A DNA stretch of 64,000 bases from the IMG/VR virus record IMGVR_UViG_3300021962_009794; one strand, written 5' to 3'. Shown here piece after piece: positions 28,916-38,633 of this stretch (its first letter is position 1; the number at the start of each line of letters is the position of its first letter). The position numbers were made by a program, and so were the translations under genes. This stretch comes from a virus (Duplodnaviria; Heunggongvirae; Uroviricota; Caudoviricetes). The notes beneath the pieces are model-generated. The model was not told where the DNA came from. It searched no databases and saw only the letters and a program-made list of their open reading frames with translations.

Positions 28916-29165
28916 AGCAAAGTATGTAATAGTTGGAGGAAGCGCAATTGTTTTCTCAGCAGCGATCCAGCATAGCGAAATGGTTGGGTACAATCAAAAA
29001 TGTGATGGAGCAGGCTTTGTTACGTTCTTCACCAAGGTGGATTCGTATGGGGATACTATCATCGCTGCCGATGCTTACGGAGAATCTGTTTCACTGGGTA
29101 TAAAATCCAGAGGAGAAGAAGACTCTATAATTATCACAAGACAAATCTCAAATCCATTCGGATAA
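28908..29165 (+). CDS. hypothetical small protein
   Basis: ORF. Confidence 0.4.
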   Translation: MFRAKYVIVGGSAIVFSAAIQHSEMVGYNQKCDGAGFVTFFTKVDSYGDTIIAADAYGESVSLGIKSRGEEDSIIITRQISNPFG

Positions 29166-29620
29166 TGCTTAAGATAAAGGATGCAAAATCGATAATTAGA
29201 GAAGTACCTATACTTGAGATAGGTGTTCCTAATAGTGTAGGAAACATTTATACCGAAAAATCAGTTACATCCATATTTAAGATTCTCGAAGAGAGAGAAT
29301 ACTTCTGCGGAGAATTAGTTGACTCGATGGAGCAATCTGGCGAGTACACTACCAGACTAGAAGAGGCTTCACATACAGTTCCCCACATGTTTATAGATGA
29401 TAATTTTCTTGTTGCTGTTGTCAAATTCAGAATGACAAAAAACGGAAAGATCGCTTTAAAAATGTTCGAAGAGGGAATGGTAACAATTAGGCCCACTTTA
29501 AGGGGAAAGATTGACGAAGAAACAAAGGAGATTATTGTTAACGATGTTTTAGGCCTAGATCTCCTTCCTATTAACGACAAACTGCTGCAGAAAGAAATAT
29601 CTTGGATTAACGTGAAATAA
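29165..29620 (+). CDS. hypothetical protein (151 aa)
   Basis: ORF. Confidence 0.5.
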   Translation: MLKIKDAKSIIREVPILEIGVPNSVGNIYTEKSVTSIFKILEEREYFCGELVDSMEQSGEYTTRLEEASHTVPHMFIDDNFLVAVVKFRMTKNGKIALKMFEEGMVTIRPTLRGKIDEETKEIIVNDVLGLDLLPINDKLLQKEISWINVK

Positions 29621-29667
29621 ATTTTTTATTTTCGCATATCCCTCTTACTTTTACAAAAAATAATTCG

Positions 29668-30435
29668 ATGACAAAAGAAGAACTATTCAATAAAGGTCTA
29701 CCAAAATGGCCAGCACTAGTGGTAAAGGGTAAACCTGTTACCGAAGATCAGGCTAAAGAAATCATTATCAGAACAGATAGTTTCTACTTTGGATGCAATG
29801 ACAGAGCATGGGAAGCAGAGATCAACTCAATGGTCTATGGTGATGGTGCTGGTAATGCTAGAAATGTCAATGATCTTGATGACTATCTCAGAAAAAAACA
29901 CAATATCGATGAGAAGAACTGGACAGCATATTATGAAGCAAAAGATTCATACTCTAAAAAATATGGTGTATTAGAAGATCTTAATCTACTTCATAATAGT
30001 AGAATTGCTTCTTCTTGGATCGGCGGACCTCACGGTTGGTGTGCTTGGAACGGTAGAATTGGTTGTTCGAATTACAACATCGGTAAATGGCCTTCGGTAG
30101 AGTGTGTTTACAACGAATGGGTTATTATAGCGGAAGCTTTTCCTTTCCTGGAACTTAAGTGTCAGCTTATGGATAGTGAGGCAGGGGAGAACGAAGAACC
30201 TAAACCTGTAGTTGAATATGAAATCAAAAACGGTAAGGTTAAGATCTACGAACCAAAAGATATTCTAGATTACCCTGTATTCGGAAGTGAAGATATGATC
30301 AGAAGATTCGCGGATCCACATGCAGAAAGAGGATGCAGTTCAAAAACCCTTAAGGAAGCTTTTGAGTTCGTAGAGAAAAAAATGGAAATTGACAAACAAA
30401 TCGAAAAGAAAGAAATATGGAAAGAGGTAAAATAA
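29668..30435 (+). CDS. hypothetical protein (255 aa)
   Basis: ORF. Confidence 0.55.
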   Translation: MTKEELFNKGLPKWPALVVKGKPVTEDQAKEIIIRTDSFYFGCNDRAWEAEINSMVYGDGAGNARNVNDLDDYLRKKHNIDEKNWTAYYEAKDSYSKKYGVLEDLNLLHNSRIASSWIGGPHGWCAWNGRIGCSNYNIGKWPSVECVYNEWVIIAEAFPFLELKCQLMDSEAGENEEPKPVVEYEIKNGKVKIYEPKDILDYPVFGSEDMIRRFADPHAERGCSSKTLKEAFEFVEKKMEIDKQIEKKEIWKEVK

Positions 30436-30680
30436 TGGAAGATAGCTTAACCTACGAAGAGATCAGAGAACTCACCAATCCTATAATGGAGATGTGTGAG
30501 ATCTATCAAAGAAGATCTCATAAGTTGGAAATGCTAGTTATCGATTACATCAAATGTAGTTGGTGGAATTTTCGTGCTAAGGTGAATTTAGAGAAAGAGA
30601 TACTGAAAGCAATAACGGAAGCCAATCAAGATTCTAGATTGGATGGGATATTCGAAAAATTCGGACAAAAAATAAAGTAA
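30435..30680 (+). CDS. hypothetical small protein (start MEDSLTYEE)
   Basis: ORF 30417..30680 trimmed to the ATG that overlaps the upstream stop (TAATG). Confidence 0.45.
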   Translation: MEDSLTYEEIRELTNPIMEMCEIYQRRSHKLEMLVIDYIKCSWWNFRAKVNLEKEILKAITEANQDSRLDGIFEKFGQKIK

Positions 30681-30706
30681 CTGGAGTAATCTACAAAAAG
30701 GATTAA

Positions 30707-30997
30707 GTGAACTGGAAAGACGAGAAAATGATGGACGGTGCAATAGTATTTATTTACTATTGCAATAAACTTCGGGAAGGTAAATTTCTTGAGGGTGGAC
30801 CTGTCATAACTCTATCCGCTTTTGATAGAGCAGTAGATCTGGTAGATTCGGGATTTAAAATAGGTGATGATTTTTGCATCGAATGTTGTATAGCACTTGA
30901 GATGGACGTCAGAATAGGCGAGTTGGTTATGAGCATGCAAGAATTAGGATTACCTGAGATGTTAAGAATATCAAAAGAAATTGAAGATAATAAATAA
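30707..30997 (+). CDS. hypothetical small protein
   Basis: ORF. Confidence 0.45.
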   Translation: MNWKDEKMMDGAIVFIYYCNKLREGKFLEGGPVITLSAFDRAVDLVDSGFKIGDDFCIECCIALEMDVRIGELVMSMQELGLPEMLRISKEIEDNK

Positions 30998-31067
30998 AAA
31001 TCTCGTTGACACAGGTACGAGAAAAAGAAAATCCTGTAAAAAAACAATAATCTAAAAAAAAAGAAAA

Positions 31068-32948
31068 ATGGCAGACAAAATGCAAATGTTACTTTCCTAT
31101 TCGTGGATGGTTATCCCAATCTTAGGAATTCTATTCTACAAATTCACTTTACGATTCTTCTTCGGAATGGTAATCATTCCAGAAGACAAGATCGGTTTAG
31201 TAACCAAAAAATTTGTTCTCTTCGGAGCAAACAAATCTCTACCTGACGGAAAAATCATCGCTCTAAACGGAGAGCCTGGTTTCCAAGCAGATACTCTAGC
31301 CCCTGGTTTATATTGGGGATATTGGGTTTGGCAGTATTCAATTGGACAAGCTGAACTAACTATAATTCCTAAAGGTAAAATTGGTTTACTCTCGGCTAAA
31401 GACGGTAAGCAATTGCCAACCGGTGCGATCTTAGCACGTCACGTAGAATGCGACAACTATCAAGATACTAGAGCATTCTTAACAAACGGAGGTCAAAGAG
31501 GTAAGCAAGTTGGATATCTTAATAACGGGGTTTATCGTATTAATCCTTACTTATTCGATTTAGCAATCTCTGACATCACCTACATTGAAGATGGTATGGT
31601 CGGCGTGGTAACCTCATTGGACGGTATTCCGTTAGACCAAGGTAACATCGCAGGTAATGCTATCGAGGGTCACAATAATTATCAGGACTTCGACAAATTT
31701 TTAGCTAACGGAGGGCAACGTGGTCTTCAAATCCAAGTCATTCAAGCTGGTAACTACTCATTAAACCCTTGGGCGGTTGAGATTGAGAAAGTTGAAATGA
31801 CTAAAATTCCAATCGGTCACGTAGGTGTAATCATCTCTTTCGTAGGTAAGGAAGGACAAGACGTAACTGGAGACGGATTCAAACACGGAAATATCGTAAA
31901 GAAAGGAGAAAAAGGTGTTTGTATCACTCCGCTGGATCCAGGTAAATACGCAATCAATCCTTATACTCATAAGATTGAGGTTGTACCAACAACAAACCTT
32001 GTATTGAACTGGGCAAATGCTCGCACAGAATCACACAACCTTGATAAAGGACTAAGCACGATCACTGTACGTTCTAAAGACGGTTTCCCATTCAACTTAG
32101 ACGTATCACAAATCATTCACATTCCTGCACCAGAGGCACCTAAAGTAATTGCCCGATTTGGTTCAATGCAGAATCTTGTATCGCAAGTTCTTGAGCCTAC
32201 TATCGGTAACTACTTCCGTAACTCTGCTCAGGATTCAGATGTTATCTCGTTCTTGTCTACACGTCAAAAACGTCAGGATGCTGCAAAAGAATCTATCTCT
32301 AAAGTTCTTGAGATGTACAACGTTCACGCAGTTGACACATTGATTGGAGACATCACTCCTCCTGAGTCTTTAATGAAAACATTAACCGATCGTAAGATCG
32401 CTCAAGAGGAAGAGGTTACATTTGAAACCCAACGTAAAGCTCAAGACCAACGTAAGACTTTAGAGTCTGCTAAGGCGCTGGCTGATATGCAAGGTCAAAT
32501 GGTATCTGCACAACAATCGGTAGAGATTTCACAACGTGAAGCTGAGGCGGCAGTTAAGAGATCGGAAGGTGAGGCTAAGGCTATGGAACTTAAAGCTGGA
32601 GCTCAGGCAAAAGCTAAGAAGTTAATGGCTGAGGCAGATGCTGCTCAGATCAAATTAACAGGGGACGCAGAAGCATCTAAGATTGCTGCTATCGGTAAAT
32701 CCACAGCAGAAGCTTACGAGCAACAGGTTAAAGCAATGGGAGCTGATAACTTCGGTAAATTAAAAGTTACTGAGATGATTGGTACAAACGGAATCAAAAT
32801 CATTCCTGAAGTACTTATCTCAGGTAACGACGGAGGAAATGGTCCAATCAGCGGATTACTTGGTATGGAATTACTGAAACAAATTCAAGAGAAGTCTGAT
32901 ACAAAGGACGTAAAAACAAATATAAAAGATGCAGGAGATCAAAAATAG
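31068..32948 (+). CDS. SPFH/band-7 flotillin-like membrane protein with internal duplication
   Basis: N-terminal TM helix; Ala/Glu/Lys-rich flotillin-like C-terminal coiled coil; internal repeats FLTNGGQRGKQVGYLNNGVYRINPY and FLANGGQRGLQIQVIQAGNYSLNPW. Confidence 0.55.
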   Translation: MADKMQMLLSYSWMVIPILGILFYKFTLRFFFGMVIIPEDKIGLVTKKFVLFGANKSLPDGKIIALNGEPGFQADTLAPGLYWGYWVWQYSIGQAELTIIPKGKIGLLSAKDGKQLPTGAILARHVECDNYQDTRAFLTNGGQRGKQVGYLNNGVYRINPYLFDLAISDITYIEDGMVGVVTSLDGIPLDQGNIAGNAIEGHNNYQDFDKFLANGGQRGLQIQVIQAGNYSLNPWAVEIEKVEMTKIPIGHVGVIISFVGKEGQDVTGDGFKHGNIVKKGEKGVCITPLDPGKYAINPYTHKIEVVPTTNLVLNWANARTESHNLDKGLSTITVRSKDGFPFNLDVSQIIHIPAPEAPKVIARFGSMQNLVSQVLEPTIGNYFRNSAQDSDVISFLSTRQKRQDAAKESISKVLEMYNVHAVDTLIGDITPPESLMKTLTDRKIAQEEEVTFETQRKAQDQRKTLESAKALADMQGQMVSAQQSVEISQREAEAAVKRSEGEAKAMELKAGAQAKAKKLMAEADAAQIKLTGDAEASKIAAIGKSTAEAYEQQVKAMGADNFGKLKVTEMIGTNGIKIIPEVLISGNDGGNGPISGLLGMELLKQIQEKSDTKDVKTNIKDAGDQK

Positions 32949-33819
32949 GATCTGTTGGAATAAGACAGATAAAGGTTCAGGTGAGATATTCTATTTAGCA
33001 ATGGAGTACACCGGAAAGGATCGGGACGGAAATGATACTGTTTCGATGAAGACTCTGAGAAAATTCTTTGAGTTAGAAACTTACATGATTAAATCAAAGG
33101 TTTCTAAAGAGCAGATAGCAGATCTGGAAAAGCTACATTCGGTAGATCCCAAAGCTATGCTAATCTCTACTATGGAAGAGGAGGATAAAAGAGGTCAGGA
33201 TAAGCTTATCTATAACATGATTAAGTATGCCGGAACTGTTAACGAAAAGATTGGATGGTCAACCATAGTTTTTAAAGCTAACGAATGGTTTGGATATCAG
33301 CCTAAGTTCAGGGTAAAAGAGGACTCGGACATATTCAGAAAGATAGTTTCCGTTTCTAATTTAATCCATAGGACAACGAGAAGATCAGATGCTGATTTTA
33401 TTATAGTAGGACCTGCTATGGGAGCTAGAATAATGAATCTACCGCAATTCGTTTACAACGACCCAAATCAGCCAGATCTAGATCGTAGTACAGGACTTAT
33501 ACATAAAGTTGGTAATCTCGGAAACAAATTCTCTGTAATAATCAATCCAATACTACATTGGAATGACGAGTCTATAGTTATAGGATCTAATACCTTTGAA
33601 GGACAGGAAGGAGTTTATCAGTATGAGATGGAACCAGAGGTAATTGAGACCGAGGGGATAAGTCCAACGAATTTTATGTCTGAGGTCATTCTCCACTACA
33701 AAAAAAGAATGGCTTTGGTAGCAACAGAAAATGCCCACTTAAAATACTATACTCTTAATACAACTACTAAAAGGCATAACATAGTAACTCATCTTATAGA
33801 TAAGATCTTTAAGAAATAA
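32929..33819 (+). CDS. hypothetical protein (296 aa)
   Basis: ORF. Confidence 0.55.
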   Translation: MQEIKNRICWNKTDKGSGEIFYLAMEYTGKDRDGNDTVSMKTLRKFFELETYMIKSKVSKEQIADLEKLHSVDPKAMLISTMEEEDKRGQDKLIYNMIKYAGTVNEKIGWSTIVFKANEWFGYQPKFRVKEDSDIFRKIVSVSNLIHRTTRRSDADFIIVGPAMGARIMNLPQFVYNDPNQPDLDRSTGLIHKVGNLGNKFSVIINPILHWNDESIVIGSNTFEGQEGVYQYEMEPEVIETEGISPTNFMSEVILHYKKRMALVATENAHLKYYTLNTTTKRHNIVTHLIDKIFKK

Positions 33820-33826
33820 ATTAAAA

Positions 33827-33864
33827 TGGGAGAACATAAAAAGTTTTCCCATTTTTGTTTTTTT
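33827..33864 (+). terminator. putative rho-independent terminator
   Basis: tggga...tccca stem followed by TTTTTGTTTTTTT, right after the stop at 33819. Confidence 0.45.
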
Positions 33865-33903
33865 CTTCCGGAGTTATTTATTAATATTGTAGAAATTACC
33901 TAT

Positions 33904-34251
33904 ATGAAAGTAATAATAGCAGGTAGCAGAGGATTCTCAGATTTCCAACTTCTTTACGCAAAGTGTGAGGAAGTACTGGCAAATGTCAGCGAAGCTGAGA
34001 TTGTAAGCGGAACTGCTAGAGGAGCGGACAAGTTAGGTGAGCACTACGCCAGTTTAAAAGGCCATAGCGTGCGTCAATTCCCTGCTGACTGGGATAAACA
34101 TGGTAAAGCAGCAGGATACATTAGAAACAAAGAAATGGCCGATTACGCAGATTGTCTAATAGCATTCTGGGACGGCGAATCAAGAGGTACAAAACATATG
34201 ATAGATCTTGCAACGGAAAGAGGTCTATCGGTTCACATAATAAACTATTAA
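33904..34251 (+). CDS. DUF2493/SLOG-like phage protein
   Basis: MKVIIAGSRGF...IVSGTARGADKLGEHYA...GYIRNKEMADYADCLIAFWDGESRGTKHMIDLA pattern; start moved past the terminator. Confidence 0.5.
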   Translation: MKVIIAGSRGFSDFQLLYAKCEEVLANVSEAEIVSGTARGADKLGEHYASLKGHSVRQFPADWDKHGKAAGYIRNKEMADYADCLIAFWDGESRGTKHMIDLATERGLSVHIINY

Positions 34252-34254
34252 AAA

Positions 34255-34476
34255 ATGAGTCATTTCATAGAACTTAAAAACGCATTCGGATCGGATAGAA
34301 CAGTGGAGATTAACTCCATGTTCATAGAAAGCATGTGCCCGATGCAAAGAGGAGATAATTTTTTCACCCAAGTAACCACTTTCAGTGGTTCTAGATTTGA
34401 GGTCACTGAAACTCCTAAGGAAATCAAAAAATTGATGGAGACTAAAAAAATCAACTACTTCAATCAACAACCATGA
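34255..34476 (+). CDS. hypothetical small protein
   Basis: ORF. Confidence 0.45.
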   Translation: MSHFIELKNAFGSDRTVEINSMFIESMCPMQRGDNFFTQVTTFSGSRFEVTETPKEIKKLMETKKINYFNQQP

Positions 34477-34712
34477 GCAGATACACAATCAGAAAAGAAA
34501 ACAAACAACTAACGTACGGTCATGACCATGCGTTAGGATATTTCTACGACATCACAGATCTAAACGAGCCAGAGGATTCACGAAATTATCTCATTGAAGA
34601 GAAAAGCTATTTTCTAAATGGACTAACCAGAAATGAATTTGCTTCGATCCTAAAAGAATGGGGAGCAAGAGAAACCCACATGATGGCATTAGCACTCGAT
34701 CAACCATTTTAA
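34473..34712 (+). CDS. hypothetical small protein
   Basis: ORF. Confidence 0.45.
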   Translation: MSRYTIRKENKQLTYGHDHALGYFYDITDLNEPEDSRNYLIEEKSYFLNGLTRNEFASILKEWGARETHMMALALDQPF

Positions 34713-34724
34713 AATACAACAGAC

Positions 34725-35210
34725 ATGGGACTAGATATTTCAGCTTACAGCAAAATCACCAAGACAACTAATCTCGACGAAGCAACTATTTTCGTTTACC
34801 GTGGAGAATATTACAACGACCAGGCTAAAGACATCGAGCAAGGAACTTACGTAGAATGTAGCGAATCTGAGAATATTGGATTTAGAGCAGGATCGTATTC
34901 GGGTTACAGCGTTTTTAGAAATCACTTAAGCGAAATGATACTAGGAGCAGATGCAAGAACAGTTTGGGCTGAAGAGGAGAAATATGTAGGAAAGCCTTTC
35001 TATGAGCTGATTAATTTCTCAGATTGTGAAGGTAACTTTGGTCCACAAGTTTCCGCTAAGCTCCATAAGGACTTTGTAGATCACAGAGAAGTTTTCCACG
35101 AAAAGATTAAAAATAAAAATCTGTATGAAGGCTATTATGAAAGTGTTTATGATAACTTCATGAAGGGATTTGAATTAGCTTCACGAGGAGGAATTCTTTC
35201 TTTCCATTAA
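34725..35210 (+). CDS. hypothetical protein (161 aa)
   Basis: ORF. Confidence 0.5.
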   Translation: MGLDISAYSKITKTTNLDEATIFVYRGEYYNDQAKDIEQGTYVECSESENIGFRAGSYSGYSVFRNHLSEMILGADARTVWAEEEKYVGKPFYELINFSDCEGNFGPQVSAKLHKDFVDHREVFHEKIKNKNLYEGYYESVYDNFMKGFELASRGGILSFH

Positions 35211-35249
35211 ACCGAAACGAATTATAAATTTCAGCATAAAATATAATCA

Positions 35250-35558
35250 ATGAAGAACACAATCTTTTTTACCGTAATTTTTTTATGCCTTTTAGCAACT
35301 TCCTGCGTATCAGAAACAGGAAAGGCAATAGATAAGGCTGTCGACGGGGATGTTATAGTTTCAGGTAACGACACTTTTGACATAAAGGTTGACACTCATA
35401 CAGTGATTAGCTCAGAGAGATTACCACCAAGAAATGTTATGGAAGAGGCATCTCCGGTTTGGCTAAACACTACAGATCTGGACAGCACATTCAAATCAAG
35501 AACCTACATACCTATCGGATCTACACAGGTATATAAAACAGCTAAAAGAAGAAAATAG
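35250..35558 (+). CDS. putative lipoprotein
   Basis: MKNTIFFTVIFLCLLATSC signal peptide plus lipobox. Confidence 0.5.
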   Translation: MKNTIFFTVIFLCLLATSCVSETGKAIDKAVDGDVIVSGNDTFDIKVDTHTVISSERLPPRNVMEEASPVWLNTTDLDSTFKSRTYIPIGSTQVYKTAKRRK

Positions 35559-35561
35559 ATT

Positions 35562-35819
35562 ATGGATTTTAAATTTGTAACAGTCTCTCTTGAAACAATT
35601 CTAGGCGAAAACGATGAGTTCGACAAATCTTTTTTTGCCTATCTTGAAGAATATTCTATATCACATAAAATCATAGACGAATCTGCAACCGAATGGCCTA
35701 CGGTAGAATACACAGGCGGTCCTATATCAATAACAAACATGTTAAAGGAAAGGTTTGGAATGTCACAGGAAGAGATTGACGAATTATACCCAGAAATCAA
35801 CAACACACAAAATGTATAA
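35562..35819 (+). CDS. hypothetical small protein
   Basis: ORF. Confidence 0.45.
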   Translation: MDFKFVTVSLETILGENDEFDKSFFAYLEEYSISHKIIDESATEWPTVEYTGGPISITNMLKERFGMSQEEIDELYPEINNTQNV

Positions 35820-36006
35820 ATCTAAGAAAGAAAAACCGATAGTATTAGAAGTTGATCAGATTTACCAGATCGACGGAAAGAAATATCTAGTTGATGAGAC
35901 AACATTCAACAAAACGTACGTATGGATGCTAGATGAAAAAGGTGAACCCTACGGCAGAAGACGTATAATAGGTGGATTAAAGAGCAAAGAAATAATTAAG
36001 CTCTGA
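35812..36006 (+). CDS. hypothetical small protein (start MYKSKKEK)
   Basis: ORF 35755..36006 trimmed to the ATG overlapping the previous stop. Confidence 0.4.
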   Translation: MYKSKKEKPIVLEVDQIYQIDGKKYLVDETTFNKTYVWMLDEKGEPYGRRRIIGGLKSKEIIKL

Positions 36007-36007
36007 T

Positions 36008-36817
36008 CTATCTAAGCTTGTCCATCTGGGCCTGTAGCTCGTCAGGCTGAGCAAGTTTACCTGTGGCTGTAGAGTGGGCGCCAGCTAATATACGAGCCAT
36101 AAATCCTGCAGGTTTTGCTTTAAGATTTCCCAGTTCTTCTTCGTATCCGCTAACAACCTGATCCGAAGGAGAAGAATTTAGGGGAGATAAAGGTATTTTA
36201 GATTTATCGATAGCGGCAGCAAATTCTCTTTCGAACTCAGGAGTTCTATCATTTTTGAAATAATCTATAAATCCAACTAGCTCAGCGCTATCAATTTTTC
36301 TTCTATTAACACCTACCCTATCACCCTCTCCAGATTTCTGGTCATTGGTATTACCCTCGACAGTTACAAATTCTCTTCTGGCAACATCTACGCTTAATAC
36401 TATACCGGTGTGACCCAATCCTTTACCTTTTCGAGTCATTATAAATATTTGTCCAGGTTTTATTAAACTTGGATTTGCTTTCGCATTTTTTATATCTATT
36501 TTTGCGGTACGGTCTGAAGAATCCCACATGTTCATAACACCACCAGTCTTAGGAAGTGGGTTAGCTATGTGAAGCCTTTTTGTTGCTTGATCGAATATGT
36601 AATAAACGAAAGCTGCACACCAGGGTAGGCCTGGTTTAAGACCAACTGAAGAAAGATATTGATTTACCATTCTTCCAGTGTTGGAACCTTTAGGCTCTTC
36701 TTTTATATCTTTATTTCCTGCTATTACTCCAGCAAAAACGTCACCTGCTTGGCCTGGATCTGTGAGATCTATTTGTGCTTCCTTTATGAAGTCTTCGAAT
36801 AATTTAATTCTTTTCAT
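36008..36817 (-). CDS. CHAP-domain peptidoglycan hydrolase with MKRIKLFEDF propeptide-like N-terminus
   Basis: PGLPWCAAFVYYIF (CHAP catalytic Cys context) and GLGHTGIVL (His); N-terminal motif-family member. Confidence 0.65.
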   Translation of the reverse strand: MKRIKLFEDFIKEAQIDLTDPGQAGDVFAGVIAGNKDIKEEPKGSNTGRMVNQYLSSVGLKPGLPWCAAFVYYIFDQATKRLHIANPLPKTGGVMNMWDSSDRTAKIDIKNAKANPSLIKPGQIFIMTRKGKGLGHTGIVLSVDVARREFVTVEGNTNDQKSGEGDRVGVNRRKIDSAELVGFIDYFKNDRTPEFEREFAAAIDKSKIPLSPLNSSPSDQVVSGYEEELGNLKAKPAGFMARILAGAHSTATGKLAQPDELQAQMDKLR

Positions 36818-36825
36818 GGCGTTTT

Positions 36826-37395
36826 TTATGAGAAATCTATTCTACTGGCTACAGTTTTATAGAGTTCTGTTATTATTCTTTCTAATATCTCTTCTTTATC
36901 TATCTCAGCATCAGAAACATCCAATGAATCTTCAAACAACTTTCCAGTAACAGTGAGTTCTGTTGAATATCTATCTTCATTCACCTCTAAAGTGGTATCA
37001 ACACTATTGATATTGATCTTGATGTTTTCTGCAAAAACGTCAAATCTATTATGGGAAGAATCTATTGCTCTTTCTACTTCCTCTTTAGAAAATCTGGGTC
37101 CTTTAGATTCCGGATCTTGCTCCAAATTTCTTACTAACAATCTAGAGAATCCTGAAACATCAAAATTAAATTCAACGTGATCCAAGGAAGATTCTATGTC
37201 CAGAGATCCATATTTTAATGTCCACTCCAGTGTTACCTTTACATTGTCTTCGTCTACAGAATAATAATCAGATAGATCGTCTTCAACAGCTCGAAATGCG
37301 TTTTCCACATCATCCTTAGTGTATCCTTTGAGGTTAACCGCAGTTTCCTCATTAAGTCTACTCCTAAAATTATTAAATGATGTTACGCTTCCCAT
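36826..37395 (-). CDS. hypothetical protein (189 aa)
   Basis: ORF in the minus-strand operon. Confidence 0.5.
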   Translation of the reverse strand: MGSVTSFNNFRSRLNEETAVNLKGYTKDDVENAFRAVEDDLSDYYSVDEDNVKVTLEWTLKYGSLDIESSLDHVEFNFDVSGFSRLLVRNLEQDPESKGPRFSKEEVERAIDSSHNRFDVFAENIKININSVDTTLEVNEDRYSTELTVTGKLFEDSLDVSDAEIDKEEILERIITELYKTVASRIDFS

Positions 37396-37400
37396 ACTAA

Positions 37401-37868
37401 TTATGCTCCTTGGTTATCGGAGAAAAATCCGCTAAGTTTAGTTAAGAAAGAAGATTTAGAAGTATCAGGCTTTAATTCGTTTGCTTCCACATCTTTATCT
37501 GTTAAACTACCAAGTAATCCAGGAATAGATTGAACCATCATCTTAGCAATGTTTGATGATTGCGACTTCATAGATTGAATAAATGTGGGATTTAATCCAG
37601 GTACGCTCGCCAATATTCCTTCTATTTTCTTCTGTAGGTAAGATGCTGCTGAATTGGGGTCAGTGTCTGACATTCTAGTTATTCTCTCGGCTTCACCTGA
37701 TGCTAATACTGACTGAGCCATAAGACCTGCTATAAGCTTCATAGCATCGTCAGATACCCCTGACATGCTAAAATCTATTGTACCGAAAACTGGGGGAGCT
37801 ACTTCTTCTCCTGCTGGTGCCGCTCCTGGCTGTGGGTTAAATAAGTTAAATTCTAATAAATGTTCCAT
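37401..37868 (-). CDS. hypothetical protein (155 aa)
   Basis: ORF; TATATATC motif at 37873-37880 upstream. Confidence 0.5.
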   Translation of the reverse strand: MEHLLEFNLFNPQPGAAPAGEEVAPPVFGTIDFSMSGVSDDAMKLIAGLMAQSVLASGEAERITRMSDTDPNSAASYLQKKIEGILASVPGLNPTFIQSMKSQSSNIAKMMVQSIPGLLGSLTDKDVEANELKPDTSKSSFLTKLSGFFSDNQGA

Positions 37869-37871
37869 GTT

Positions 37872-38132
37872 TTATATATCTGTTTTTTTAGTGTCCTCAG
37901 ATTTTCCGGTCTTTTTAGCCGAGAATATCTTTTCGATAACGGTTAACCCTAATCCTCCTCCAGCAATTAGCGCTAAAGAATCGTACATAAATTCAGGTGT
38001 AACGAAGTCTTTAGCTTTGAAAGTAGCCACCCATGTTATAGCTATAATGTTAAAAAGGGTAAATAGGGCAGCAAATCTTTTGCTTGATGTGTCGCTTTGT
38101 CCTGAAAGAAGATCCATAAAGAATTTTTTCAT
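37872..38132 (-). CDS. small two-TM membrane protein (holin candidate)
   Basis: MKKFFMDLL... with two hydrophobic helices; start moved to the ATG 21 nt downstream of the promoter motif at 38153-38160. Confidence 0.4.
   Translation of the reverse strand: MKKFFMDLLSGQSDTSSKRFAALFTLFNIIAITWVATFKAKDFVTPEFMYDSLALIAGGGLGLTVIEKIFSAKKTGKSEDTKKTDI
37873..37880 (-). promoter_or_regulatory. GATATATA-type promoter-like motif (minus orientation)
   Basis: 5 nt upstream of the start at 37868; overlaps the stop of the upstream gene. Confidence 0.3.
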
Positions 38133-38152
38133 AGTTGTTTTGGTTTTTCTTC

Positions 38153-38160
38153 TATATATC
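38153..38160 (-). promoter_or_regulatory. GATATATA-type promoter-like motif (minus orientation)
   Basis: 21 nt upstream of the minus-strand ATG at 38132. Confidence 0.35.
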
Positions 38161-38186
38161 CTAGGGGGTTTGGGTAAAGAAGGGTG

Positions 38187-38195
38187 GATATATAA
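38187..38195 (+). promoter_or_regulatory. GATATATAA promoter-like motif
   Basis: 4 nt upstream of the ATG at 38199; divergent from the minus-strand motif 30 nt away. Confidence 0.35.
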
Positions 38196-38198
38196 AGC

Positions 38199-38633
38199 AT
38201 GAATCACATTTTAGAATACGAAATGCTCACGGAAGCATTAGACTGGAGGCAAAATGGGTGGGTTCTCATCAAGGGGGTTCCTCAAAATGATGGCAAATGC
38301 TACATTTTTGCTGCACAGATAAAGGAAATTCAGAACTTAGCCAGAACTAAAGTTGACGGAACACCTGGCATACCTGTTTGGATGTGCACTCTGTACCCTA
38401 AATTCTACGGTATAGGTCTAAGATCCGGTAAATTAGCTGCAAAAGAACTTTCTGCAGTTTCCGACGTTTATATGCAAAAATGGATCGGGTTAAACAATTA
38501 CAGAGTTGGTTTAAATCACCACAAAACGATAGGATGGAGGGAAACTATTAAAGACACCTCTTTAGCAAATGTGTTATCAAACCAGGAATGGATAGCCAAA
38601 ACAGATTGGGCTAAGTTTCCTGAATTACAATAA
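38199..38633 (+). CDS. hypothetical protein (144 aa)
   Basis: ORF. Confidence 0.5.
   Translation: MNHILEYEMLTEALDWRQNGWVLIKGVPQNDGKCYIFAAQIKEIQNLARTKVDGTPGIPVWMCTLYPKFYGIGLRSGKLAAKELSAVSDVYMQKWIGLNNYRVGLNHHKTIGWRETIKDTSLANVLSNQEWIAKTDWAKFPELQ

Noticed and set aside
33826-33903. N-terminal extension MGEHKKFSHFCFFLPELFINIVEITY of the DUF2493-like gene
   Set aside because: This stretch forms a hairpin plus T-run terminator for the upstream gene, so the real start is the ATG at 33904.
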